NCBI GenBank assembly: GCA_002633005.1
Contig: NMRA01000570.1
Location: 167,918 to 231,917 of the forward strand
Source: Phoronis australis
Taxonomy: Eukaryota; Animalia; Phoronida
DNA: 64,000 nt
Reading direction: 5' to 3'
Shown here: positions 12,501 to 24,278 of the stretch, in pieces
Numbering within the stretch: the stretch's first letter is position 1
How the letters are laid out: each line of letters begins with the position of its first letter
Position numbers and translations under genes: made by a program
Notes under the pieces: generated by a model
What the model was told of the DNA's origin: nothing
The model's database searches: none
The model's input: only the letters and a program-made list of their open reading frames with translations

Positions 12501-14176
12501 GAGCGACCTCAGATTCCATCCCATACTGGTGATGACAGGCTGAATGAAGACATAGAAGGCGGACTCCTGGGCCTTCCTGAAACAGAAACTGAGTTAGATG
12601 TAAGGGTCACCCTGGGTTGTCGCGCGCTAGCCCCCAGCTGTTATTGGTATTTTAAGAAAGTTGGTTCTCATAATTTCACACTACACTATGAACAAAGAGG
12701 AGTTAAAAAGTTTTTATTTTGGGTGATTATGTTTCTTATTGGGTACTGACAGCCCTAGGTAACGGGAAAATTGGGCGTTTGTTGCTCTCACATGGTCTAA
12801 GTTCCTGGAGCGTTATCGGACTTGTATGGTCATTATTACGTTGGGTATGATGCAGTAACATCTTGCACAAGAATAATTGCCAAAATTGACCTCACTTTTC
12901 AATGGTTGTGAAAGCCCACAGTTTCTCAAAACATTGTCCGATGGCAGCTTTGGTACAGAGCTTCTGTGCGTAACTTTTATAAAAGGTCATCTAATCGCCA
13001 CCTGGTGTCCTGAAGTGAGGTTTTACAGTACATTATTTACATATTTTCTATCGAGAAATCTTACTTAGTGCTATTCATCTGTACAGTTCTTTGAGTAGCT
13101 GGGGAATATTTGAAAACTGTAAGTGCTTGCTTATCAGGCCACGTACAATTTGACTGTCAGATACTGTTTTGAAGAATTTGTGTGTATGTCGAAACAATAT
13201 TTCCAGAATCTCACAGAGTTCAACACAGCGCACAACAGGCGTATAGCGACAATGGGCGATGTGCCAACGTCTAAGCCAATCAAACGTAAGAGAAAAAGTG
13301 TGCACGTGAATTTCAATGAAGACGAAGAAGTCATTAACCCTGAGGATATTGATCCGAGTGTTGGAAGGTTCCGGAACATGGTACAGACAACGGTTGTACC
13401 GAAAAAGGTTAGTTTTGGTATAGATTAACAATCCTTGAAGATTGAATTGAGAAATACAGTAAAACTTCTATAATGTCAAGTATTGGAATGTTTGTTGTCA
13501 TGGAAATCGGGCGCTGTGTGCCCTGATGTCTAAAGATGTTGCATAGTTTCTCGTGTAATTAGTATGCAAACCGAAGATTGTTGAAAGATCCCCCACCAAG
13601 ATCAAACCCCTATGAGAGCTCTCAGAAACAATATTTGAAAAAGGTCAATAAGTAACAGAATCCTAAGGTGTCAGATACATGAATGTCATGCACTGAACAG
13701 CCACACTGTCGTGTATCCTAGTTGGTGTTCAATGCTTTTATTTAGTGGATAACGTTTTATCTTTAATTCGACCCAGTCCAAGAGTCAGTTGCCACATATC
13801 CTCGTTATTCACCATTGTTGTATACTCTTCTGTTCAGAGAGCCCGTGTAGATGGTGGAAGTGAGCCGTCTTTGACAGAATCGATCACTAAGAGGCTACAC
13901 AACTTCCCGTACGGAGGACTATATAACGAGGTGCCAGGAACCGCAGCTGAGGCAACCAGCCCCACGGGAACGGACACTTTCTCATTTGCAGCCAAACTCG
14001 GCATCCCCACCCCTAACCTGGCGCCCAGCGTCGATGCTTCGGTCAGTGTAGCACCGTTGCAGATGACACGACCGACAGTTTCAATACAGGAGCACGTGCC
14101 CAGTGAACCAAAGAGGAAAAAGTATCCAATAGAGGCATGGCCTGGAAAGAGACCAACTCATTCGTTGCTGGTGTGA
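6531..14176 (+). CDS. PPP1R8: Nuclear inhibitor of protein phosphatase 1 (NIPP1), FHA-domain protein, about 330 aa
   Basis: Exons 6531-6559 (MANNFVVPTW), 10940-11000 (AGKPPVGLHLDV), 11479-11632 (FHA: FGRN..CDF.IDHQSCSRVH), 12391-12599 (THGTF...LLGLPETETELD), 13207-13407 (NLTEFNTAHNRRI...DPSVGRFRNMVQT) and 13838-14176 (...EAWPGKRPTHSLLV*). All are GT-AG and phase-consistent. Confidence 0.95.
6981..7051 (+). pseudogene. tRNA-derived sequence (SINE head or tRNA pseudogene)
   Basis: A-box-like TAGCTGAATGGTTAG and B-box GGTTCGATTCC lie at tRNA-like spacing, but the acceptor and anticodon stems do not pair cleanly. Confidence 0.5.
8305..10008 (-). mobile_element. Non-autonomous Kolobok-like DNA transposon with THAP-domain remnant (in PPP1R8 intron 1)
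   Basis: TTAA TSD at 8301-8304 and 10009-10012; TIRs AGGAGCATGCCACCC / GGGTGGCATTCTCCT. A second full-length copy lies at 31957-33620. TTAA TSD with RR..YY termini and THAP fits the Kolobok superfamily. Confidence 0.85.
9600..9844 (-). pseudogene. Frameshifted THAP zinc-finger ORF inside the Kolobok-like element
   Basis: Joining frames gives CFVPACPN...GISFFRLPRELEMLKKWLEVV...HLRVCGRHF, the C2CH THAP signature with conserved P, W and F. Confidence 0.75.
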
Positions 14177-15506
14177 AACAAGGCAATGCAGGGTTATTGT
14201 GAAGGACCGACAACGACACTGGTTATTGTTGTTGCTTGGGGGCCTCGGTAATTGCAGTGTTCTGCAAGGGTTTATTTTGAATGTCAGAACAGTCTTGATG
14301 CCATTTCCTGAAGAACTGATTGTGCGCAGTTTAATCCATGCGGGTGATGTGCTTGTAGAAACTGAAGTAAGGTTTAGATTACTTCAAAAATGTGAAAGAT
14401 ATTGTGAAAGATTATGGCACAAGATCAGTTTTCTGCAAAATGAGGAAGGATGTCAACTTAATTATATACGTTTTTTCATGCTACCCACTCAACTAGTTCT
14501 TTGATATTCAGGTAGTTTACACCTGGGGGTGTTGCTACCATTTAACCAGTTTTCGGTGCTTTTCAAAAATCTGCCATTAAAAGGCATGCGTATTGACTTT
14601 TTTACCTTAATGGCACATGACTTCCTATACGCAAAGGATTGTGGAGTTTTGGTCATACACCACTACAGCACTGACTGGAGATGTAGATATTTAATCTACA
14701 GAAGTCACGGTATAGTTGCATTTCAGACATCAAGAAGTCAGTTTATCATAGATACAAGTAGACGAAGTAGCATCCATCCCATATTAACTGCGAGCAGACG
14801 ATCACCCACGTGACACTTCCTTGATTCTGGATTTGTGAAGTCATGTCCCATGATTCTTTGCTCTAGTATCTGTAAAAAGGTCAGTTGATGAACCTCATCA
14901 TCCACCTAGTTTTACCGAAAAGCTGAGTCACTGTTGTACAGGGAAATGGACAATAACGACTTACAGGCGCCCCCCCCCCCCCCGNNNNNNNNNNNNNNTT
15001 TGGTCCAGTCCAGTTATGAATTTTTGTCCAATATCCCTGAAGAACTGAGACCTCAAACGAGAATAATCATTGGGTAGAACTAGAATTATTCTAAATAGAA
15101 CTTTGTTGAGGTTGATGAAGATGTGACTTTCCCCTGTCAATGTAAGGGAATTTTGCTGTACCCCACATATGAACATTTGGACAATGAACCTATGTGAAGC
15201 TGAGTCTCCATGCAAAACCCAAGCTGCTGGTTCAAGTAACTAATGAGTGAGACTTGTAACACTGAATTCACCCATTAAAAGCAGTAACTGTTAACACATA
15301 TTCTTTAGGCGAGATAGTCGTCTGCATCAGGTATAATTGAAGCTAAGGCATTTGCACCTATATGCGACAAATTGAGCCAAATTTTTTTTAAAAGTGCGTC
15401 ATTTTGGTTTTAGGCGTTTGGTCTCGTGGTATGTACAGATGTTTTATGCAGTGAGTATAATTTTGCCTGTTGTTGGAAGTTGTCAGCTTTTGTCTGACAT
15501 GGTGAA

Positions 15507-15693
15507 AGGGACATTATATTGAGTTTTACGGCCAAAAATCACATTTTGAGGTCATTATTGGATGGGATTGACCCTTGAAATTATTAGCTTTGACCAGAGC
15601 TGTAAAACAACAAAACCCATTTTTTTATTTTAATACAAATCGCCAATTTTCGTCATTGTCTGTCAATCATTTGTTGAAATCAATTAAGTTCCC
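15507..15693 (-). mobile_element. Short inverted copy of the TTAA-flanked element family
   Basis: agggacatt...ttttacggccaaa...attagctttgaccagagctgtaaaacaa is the reverse complement of the right arm of 59340-59691. Confidence 0.45.
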
Positions 15694-16862
15694 TTAAAGT
15701 ACACAGACATTCATTGGATGGGTTTTAGCTCATCCAGCAGGGTGTTGGCATGTGATCACTGAGGTTATGACTTTGCATTAGGGCTGATCTAGAGTCAGTT
15801 TCCTCACCAGTTAAATGGTTGATCTGGGAGTCCCAGGTCCTTCACTTCTCTCGTTTCTCCCCTGAATGTGTTTAGGTTAGTGCATGGTCAACAGAATTCC
15901 TTCCGTGTATGATCGTTGGCACCAAGTGGGGTAAACAATGTTCAACTTTTTAGTCGATGGATTGGCCATAATTGAAATTAGTTTTCTGTGTTGTGTAGGA
16001 TATTGTAAGATGTATACAATTTTTGTATTGTTCATCTTGTATTGTGCTGGATGTAACACATGTGAAGGATAATTATAGTTAACTTTTTATTTTATTTTAG
16101 TTTGTTTTAGTTTTTACATTCGAAGCAGAAATCGTACAAAGCATGGTAAAAGACCAGAAAGTCTGTCTGGATAATATACCGGAATGCCACCTTGCATCCT
16201 AAAATCTTGCGAAGCCCTGGATTTTTAAAGGATGCTGTTTCAGCGGCTATAAGCCCATCCCTTAATTTATCTTTTCATTCATCAGTTTTCGAGACACACC
16301 CAGCAATCAGACCGAAAGCGGAGACGGGGTCAACTGCGAACCCGTGCTTGGTTTAAACCCTTAAAGAAGTCCATAGGCTAAAGAACGCAACATGCACCAT
16401 GGGCTTTTGTACGAATGTTAATCAAATACACTCATCGTATAACCCCTATCGGTTTGTTCGCACATCAGGCACTTCCTAATCCCTGACTGAAACCCTCCAC
16501 AATACGGCATCAATAGAGATATTGTGACCTAAGACGATATGAGTTAAATTTCTTATTTGAATTAACCATTTTTCATCTTCTGGAATGGAAAAGTGTATTA
16601 TTTCTTCATTTCTTAAATAAGTCAGTGGAAGGACGATCATTATTAAGTTCATAACTGCCCAAACAGAAATTCGTTTTCTTTTTTGTTTTATAGTACTAGA
16701 ATAAGCGACGTACATAAAAGGAATTTCGGAAACGGTTACATTCAGTTTGCACCCTTTCCATCCTGTCTCTGCAGTTCCAACAGTCCAACTTTAATAATTG
16801 CCAAATATTCCTGCAGAGCAAAGATAGCAATACTGTGAACCAACTGCAGTGATGAAGCCTTT

Positions 16863-17996
16863 TTAGAAACATTTTCTGTGCACAATGCTTGGACCACATT
16901 CAAAGTACTCTTTTTTAGTAATCCACATTTGTTGAAATGTCGCCAACGACGCCAAGATAGAGCCGCCAATCCAAACTGAGTATTTGCGTTCAGGAGCTGC
17001 AATTACTTTAATTTTCATAGTTGTTGGTGCTAGGATGGATACTTCTTTGTGCAGACGTTCAGCAATATTAGGGAACATTGTAGTTCCACCCGAAAGAACA
17101 ATATTGTTGTACAAATCTTTACGAATGTCCACGTCGCACTTCATAATGGAAGTGTACGTGGTATCGTTGATACCCGCACATTCAAGGCCAAGGAAAGCAG
17201 GTTGGAAGACCGCTTCAGGGCATCGAAAACGTTCATTTCCAATAGTAATGATTTGGCCATCCGGCAACTCGTAAGTTTTCTCAAGAGCATTTGATGCCGC
17301 AGCTGTCGCCATTTCCTGATAGAAATCCAAGGCAACATAACACATGCTCTCCTTCATGTCACGAACAATCTCACGTTCAGCAGTTGTCGTGAAACTGTAG
17401 CCGCGTTCGGTCAAAATCTTCATCAGATAGTCTGTGAGATCTCGTCCTGCCAGATCCATTCTCATTATTGCGTGCGGGAGCGCGTAGCCTTCATAGATAG
17501 GAACAGTGTGAGAAACACCGTCCCCAGAATCAAACACAATGCCAGTGGTACGACCAGATGCGTACAACGACAAAACGGCTTGAATGGCGACATAGAATTC
17601 TGGAAAGTTGAATGTTTCAAACATGATTTGCGTCATTCTTTCTCGATTGGCTTTAGGGTTAAGTGGTGCTTCGGTAGAAAGACACCCGTGCTCTTCAGGA
17701 GTAATACGCAATTCGTTGTGAAAGACGAAGGCCCACACTCGCTCCATGTCATCCCAGTTTGTAACGATGCCGTGTTCGACCGGATATTTCAGAGACAGAA
17801 CACCTCTTTTGGTTTGAGCTTCATCGCCAACGTAGCAATCCTTTTGACCTATGCCTATCATGACACCCTGGTGCCTTGGGCGGCCGACAATGGAGGGAAA
17901 CACAGATCGTGGAGCCTCATCTCCGGCAAACCCTGCTTTACACATGCCCGAACCATTGTCGACAATTATGGCGTTTGCTTCGTTGTCGGTGAGCAT
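16863..17996 (-). CDS. ACT: Divergent intronless actin, 377 aa
   Basis: Complete single ORF with actin signatures [58 protein letters not shown] and the IVHRKCF C-terminus. Confidence 0.97.
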   Translation of the reverse strand: MLTDNEANAIIVDNGSGMCKAGFAGDEAPRSVFPSIVGRPRHQGVMIGIGQKDCYVGDEAQTKRGVLSLKYPVEHGIVTNWDDMERVWAFVFHNELRITPEEHGCLSTEAPLNPKANRERMTQIMFETFNFPEFYVAIQAVLSLYASGRTTGIVFDSGDGVSHTVPIYEGYALPHAIMRMDLAGRDLTDYLMKILTERGYSFTTTAEREIVRDMKESMCYVALDFYQEMATAAASNALEKTYELPDGQIITIGNERFRCPEAVFQPAFLGLECAGINDTTYTSIMKCDVDIRKDLYNNIVLSGGTTMFPNIAERLHKEVSILAPTTMKIKVIAAPERKYSVWIGGSILASLATFQQMWITKKEYFECGPSIVHRKCF

Positions 17997-18065
17997 TCTG
18001 ACGGTGTTTTTGTCAATGCGCCCTTTTCCACCCGCGGTCGAACCAGAGTTTTCTGTTCCCGATGG

Positions 18066-18073
18066 TGACGTCA
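18066..18073. promoter_or_regulatory. Perfect CRE palindrome about 70 bp upstream of the actin ATG
   Basis: TGACGTCA at 18066-18073, with half sites (gcgtca, gacgtca) at about 18104-18120. Function is untested. Confidence 0.35.
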
Positions 18074-19488
18074 GGCGAAGTTACCGTGAGATAACAATCA
18101 GAGGCGTCATATCGACGTCATTGCTCTTTACCTTCATCAGTACTAACAAATCCATAGTTAATGATTCATTTTTCTCACATAATAAAATTTGGTTGTTTTA
18201 AGAATTTGTTAACATTTGTCGGTACTTTTTGCAGAAATATAATAATATTACGTAATAGTAGAAATCTGACATCAGACATCAGGGTTAAATGGCATGATAT
18301 GTATTTACCTAAACATCATTCAAGAAAGAATGGACTCACCGGAGACAGCCCAAGAGTTATTATCTCTGCGGCGAAGGAAGTCATTGAAGTGGGTTTAATT
18401 GTTCGTACAAAATAATCTATGCATTCGGAAGAGCGGTAAAATTAAATTCATGTGAACGTACTCTGACGCACATCGAGCTTACTACTGACATCCATTGGAC
18501 ATCGATGACTTGAATGAAATGTCCAAATGCTAGACAAGTTACCACTGTGACAGCTCTATGAAATGACAAATTTGGCCATTCGATCTCAGACATCGTAAAA
18601 CATGGGAAAATTATTTAATTCCTAGCTCGGCGTTGGAATCCATTTCGTGATTTTTTGCTTGGTTTTGGTTATTGATTCGATATGTGGAAGAGTTTTGTTT
18701 TTCAACTGACACAGATGATAGCGGAAAATTGCTTTATATCTTTATGCCATTTTTATTAATTTCTGTTGTCATGGTTACATGTCGACGAATTTATTGACAA
18801 TCTTTCTTAAGTGTGCTCCAAACGCCTCTATTTCGGTTCGTGTGTATAATCTTGTCGTTCATTCTATTAAAATATGTAGAAAATCAACTGGGCCAAAGCT
18901 TGCAGGCAAATGTACATAATAGTATTGAACTGCTGCCAATTACAGCATTGTCAAAGTTAGAAATTTTTGTTGGAACAAAATATCAGGAAGCAAGTCCTAA
19001 CGATCTGTTTGGCATCTATAAAGTGTGATTTTCCGAGTAAAACACTGAAACATCGCTGGTAGGCCTACGGGAAAACCAGGGAACAGTTTTCTCAACGGTC
19101 GTACGTCCACGTCCTCGGTAAGTACGTCGTATCTCAGATTTCAACTTGGACAAACTTCAAGTGCCGGGCTTATGAAGTTGATTAATAAGCGTGAACGCAT
19201 TCTACGATCAAGTTTGCATCAGTTGCAACGCTACGTTTAAAAAAAACACCGTTGCGATCCACGTAGGCCTACTCACGATCATCTTAGCTACGACCTAGCT
19301 TACGACCTTTTCAAGATTTGATAAAACGGATTCAGGGGAAGAGTAATGATGCAAACGAGACATGCTTCAATTATATCCCGGTCGGTGATTTACATTCTTA
19401 GTAAACAAAACCAAGAATAATGGCTTTGTACTTTGAGGAACTGAACACGACGACAAAATTCTCACTAAGTAGGTCTGCCGTGCGTGAA

Positions 19489-19596
19489 CATCATCATCAT
19501 CATCGTCGTCGTCGTCGTCGTCATCATCATCATCATCATCGTGGTTTTCGTCGTCGTCTTCGTCGTCGTCATCATCATCGTCTTTATCATCATCAT
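19489..19596. repeat. Compound (CAT)n/(CGT)n microsatellite
   Basis: Alternating blocks of cat and cgt triplets. Confidence 0.95.
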
Positions 19597-19890
19597 TATT
19601 ACGTTATCACTGGCAAAAAAAGACAAAACTAAAAGTATGTACCGGTATTCAAGTAATAGTTAATGAAAACATGTTTGAAATTGAAAATACGCATTACAAA
19701 AATAATAATGTGGAGTAATTAAAAACACGCTATTTGTAATAAGTGTAACTGGAAGTTCCGACGTGTCAGTAAGTGCATGCTAGCGGCTTCTTTGAATAAT
19801 TTGGTGGTTGTTTTCTCCCTGAACGAATGAGATTTTGCAGTTGATTCCAAATGCCTGGCTGTAGATTTAATCCATGGTTTACGACGACCT

Positions 19891-20247
19891 CAGGGGCGGA
19901 TTTAGGGGAGGGGCCAAGGGGCCATGCCCCCCCCTAAAATTCTATCAGATATCAATTGGGAGTTCGGGTGCGAGTGCTGATTAGCAGATGCGCGCAACCA
20001 GGGGAGCTCGGGGGTGAATAAATGATACATGGGCCCCTAATGAACAACCCCGTTACCGCTTTTTTTAGTCAACAGGTCCACGTACCCAAAAATTCGACCG
20101 TTTATTTTTTAGTCAACAGGTCCACGTACCCAAAAATTCGAGACCCTTGCATCCTCACATTTTAAGCTGGGCGTACGCATCTGCTGAAATTCTTGTTAAT
20201 CCTGTGCCCTGCCTCCCCCCCAACTCAAAATCCTGGATCCGCCCCTG
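19891..20247. mobile_element. MITE with CAGGGGCGGAT TIRs and 5-bp TSD (longer variant)
   Basis: caggggcggat ... atccgcccctg; TSD GACCT at 19886-19890 and 20248-20252. It has an internal direct repeat (ttttttagtcaacaggtccacgtacccaaaaattcga x2). Confidence 0.85.
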
Positions 20248-21559
20248 GACCTTGCGGTTGCAAAAAACAATAAGTGCGCAGTTGAACACAAACAATCTGG
20301 GGCCTACGTCATACACAAATATGAGCCAGACGAGTTGTGAATGTATAGGCCAAACCGCAGTCTCACTGTGCGAATAAAATATATGCTGTTTCAAGACCTA
20401 TGTGCCCGTGTCGTGGGACGGCAGAAAACGTAAGGCTCGCCCGGCGCCTTGTTTTTTCATCATGGACGCAGAGTAACCGCCGGCTTCATTAGGCACTCTT
20501 CCAGGAACTCCCGGTACATGATGGCTGACTGAAGCAAACGCTCGCGTGCGGTCGTCACACGGTCAAAAACTTCGGAGTTGTCGCTCAGTCGGCATTGACT
20601 AATGTTGGAATACGGACCGACCTGCTTGGTATCAAATACTGATAAGATGTAGGTGTAAGAGGTCAGTCGGAAAAACTGCAACGCAAACAGTCGTGACGAC
20701 GGACGGTTGGGTTCTGACATTTATCTCCTTCAGTCTGCAGGCCTGCGACTTTCACCAAACTTGAAAGCGTGAGTCTGAGGAGTAGAACATCTGTCTTAGA
20801 CAGTGACCACCGTCACTGTGGATGGACCCACTGCGGGCAGCGACTGTGGTCACTGTCTAGCTTAGTCTGTTATTATCTGTGTTCTGTCTGCTCAGTGTGG
20901 CCTGGTCATGGCAGTAGATCAGTGAATAGTTGTTCTTGTTGACGTCTTCTACCGTGAGCCGTTGTATTGCCCATCAGTCGTCATAGTCACAGATGGCCCT
21001 GGTCGCCAAAATCAGGAATTTTATGTAGTGGCAAGGTTGTAGATCACAAGCTGTCAAACGTTCAATTTGCAACCGTTTACCATAGGGGGCATACTTTCAT
21101 TATTCCTAAATTAACGTTCATGAAATAATCACTATGATGATTAAAATTACTATTTTTACTTCTTATTCACTTTGTCAGTAGAAACTCGGACATTTGGCGA
21201 CACCCGGTAGACCTACGTGGTCAGCCAGGCTGTGCGATAAGAGGCCTGTTTATCAGGGAATCTGACTAAGTTGTGGAGTAGGCAATTAGGCTACTGCATT
21301 ACTAGCATGGGTTCACCTCAAAATACAGGCTACTTAAGATATCTCGTGGACTGAAACTGTTATACAACTTCTGAAACTTTGATTGAGTTCCTCGGTAATT
21401 AGTTATGTCATTATCATTTTTATCCGAAGCCAATAGGCAAAGTGTTGCTTTTTGGATCTCTGGTATTGGAATGTTGTTAGCCAACACTGCGTGACTGTGA
21501 CCTGCAAATGAGCATGTAAATGCTACATGTATGTAGGACCCTAGAAAAATGTCCCAATT

Positions 21560-21900
21560 TCAGCCAATTTGGGGAACTTTTTATCAAAAATGGCTGATGG
21601 TATTCAAACGAAACTTTCAGATTATATGCTTTATATACTGTTCTCCAAAAAAATCTTAGAAATTGTTTTTAAAATGTTCCATTTTTGCATCAGGGGCTAT
21701 CAAAAAGTAATATTGAAAGATTTTCATGAAAAAATTTCGAAGTTGCAGAAAATGAAAATGAAGCAATAATTTTAAAGACTTTAACAGTGTTTCAGAGATT
21801 TTGTCTTGAACATTTATTGATCCTGTTGTTTTGTTGGTATGAATGTACCGTTATTTTTTGCTAAATTTTCCTAAAAAGGCAAAATCACCTGACCTAATTC
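21560..21900. repeat. Unclassified dispersed repeat (related copies about 23460-23810, 27030-27290 and inverted 55430-55790)
   Basis: Shared core atgcttt.tat...tgttctccaaaa....t.g.aattgtt.t.aa....ttttgcat.a.gggctatcaaaaa. Boundaries are approximate. Confidence 0.55.
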
Positions 21901-22717
21901 GTGGCAGATTGGTATAAAGTCAAAAATAAAATTCTATAATACTTTCAGAAAATATATAAATTTGCTGAGTTAAATTCTCTAGTTTTGCCTGACTTCAGTG
22001 TCTATAAGGTCCTACCTAACCTAATAAGATCAATATCTTGGGGACTAGCCGCGATTTAGAGACTTCTGTTGTCTGGAGTTGAAATCAAACGGGAATTTTT
22101 TGTAATGTGATTTATATATTATAATCACTGTCATTATTATTATTGTAATTACAACTAATTAGTAAACAGTAATGTTGTAACGATGGTGACTATACAATCA
22201 GAGATCAAAATGATACATATAAATAGAAAAGCTTAATAACATAAACAAATTTATTATTATTATTATTACTATTGCTATTACTATTGGTATTTTTTATTAC
22301 ATTCGGTATTATTTGCATTCACTTTACAGAAATATGTGTATTTATTGTGCAGGAATACAGATTGTCACTTCATCAGACATGTCTCAGAAAAAAGTGTTTG
22401 TTGTTGGCGTCGGCATGACCAAGATAGAGAAACCAGGGACGCGTAAATGGGATTATCCAGAGATTGGACACGAAGCAGGTATGAATATTTTGCAGCTCCG
22501 AGTGGTTGTTGTGCTGTTTACTGGCAACCTTTGCAGATAGGCTNTTACGGTATCAAATACGGATAAGATGTAGGTGTAAGAGGTCAGTCGGAAAAACTGC
22601 AACGCAAACAGTCGTGACGACGGACGGTTGGGTTCTGACATTTATCTCCTTCAATCTGCAGGCCTGCGACTTTCACCAAACTTGAAAGCGTGAGTCTGAG
22701 GAGTAGAACATCTGTCT

Positions 22718-22764
22718 TAGACAGTGACCACCGTCACTGTCACAGTGACGGTGGTCACTGTCTA
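22718..22764. repeat. Perfect 23-bp inverted repeat with 1-nt spacer
   Basis: TAGACAGTGACCACCGTCACTGT-C-ACAGTGACGGTGGTCACTGTCTA. Confidence 0.9.
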
Positions 22765-24278
22765 GCTTAGTCTGTTATGATCTGTGTTCTGTCTGCTCAG
22801 TGTGGCCTGGTCATGGCAGTAGATCAGTGAATAGTTGTTCTTGTTGACGTCTTCTACCGTGAGCCGTTGTATTGCCCATCAGTCGTCATAGTCACAGATG
22901 GCCCTGGTCGAATCAGGAATTTTATGCAGTGGCAAGGTTGTAGATCACAAGCTGTCAAACGTTCAATTTGCAACCGTTTACCATAGGGGACATACTTTCA
23001 TTATTCCTAAATTAACGTTCATGAAATAATCACTATGATGATTAAAATTACTATTTTTACTTCTTATTCACTTTGTCAGTAGAAACTCGGACATTTGGCG
23101 ACACCCGGTAGACCTACTTGGTCAGCCAGGCTGTGCGATAAGAGGCCTGTTTATCAGGGAATCTGACTAAGTTGTGGAGTAGGCAATTAGGCTACTGCAT
23201 TACTAGCATGGGTTCACCTCAAAATACTGGCTACTTAAGATATGTCGTGGACTGAAACTGTTAATTAATACAACTTCTGAAACTTTGATTGAGTTCCTCG
23301 GTAATTAGTTATGTCATTATCATTTTTATCCGAAGCCAATAGGCAAAGTGTTGCTTTTTGGATCTCTGGTATTGGAATGTTGTTAGTAAGACTGCGTGAC
23401 TGTGACCTGCAAATGAGCATGTGAATGCTACAAGTATGTAGGACCCTAGAAAAATGTCCAATTTCAGCCAATTTGGGAACTTTTTATCTCAAAAATGGCT
23501 GATGGGATTCAAACGAAACTTTCAGATTATATGCTTTATATACTGTTCTCCAAAAAAATCTTAGAAATTGTTTTTAAAATGTTCCATTTTTGCATCAGGG
23601 GCTATCAAAAAGTAATATTGAAAAGATTTTTATGAAAAAATTTCGAAGTTGCAAAAAACGAAAATGAAGCAATAATTTTAAAGACTGTAACAGCGTTTCT
23701 GAGATTTTGTCTTGAACATTTATTGATCCTGTTGTTTTGTTGCTATGAATGAATGTACCGTTATTTTTTGCTAAATTTTCCTAAAAAGGCAAAATCACCT
23801 GACCTAATTCGTGGCAGATTGGTATAAAGTCAAAAATCAAATTCTATAATACTTTCAGAAAATATATAAATTTGCTGAGTTAAATTCTCTAGTTTTGCCT
23901 GACTTCAGTGTCTATAAGGTTCTACCTAACCTAATAAGATCAATATCTTGGGGACTAGCCGCGATTTAGAGACTTCTGTTGTCTGGAGTTGAAATCAAAC
24001 AGGAATTTTTTGTAATGTGAGTTAGATATTATAACGATCACTGTCATTATTATTATTGTAATTACAACTAATTTGTAAACAGTAATGTTGTAACGATGGT
24101 GACTATACAATCAGAGATCAAAATGATACATATAAATAGAAAAGCTTAATAACATAAACAAATTTACTATTATTATTATTACTATTGCTATTACTATTAC
24201 TATTGGTATTATTTGCATTCACTTTACAGAAATATGTGTATTTATTGTGCAGGAATACAGATTGTCACTTCATCAGAC

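Noticed and set aside
16984-18201. Plus-strand ORFs of 96-198 aa overlapping actin
   Set aside because: These are antisense shadows of the actin coding sequence.
19420-19632. His/Arg-rich ORF (HHHHHHRRRRRRHHHH)
   Set aside because: It is only the translation of a CAT/CGT microsatellite, with no splice or homology support.
20718-20731. Shine-Dalgarno-like GAAGGAGATAA-ATG before the minus-strand ORF, suggesting bacterial DNA
   Set aside because: A single short match in clearly eukaryotic, intron-rich context, with no recognisable bacterial protein.
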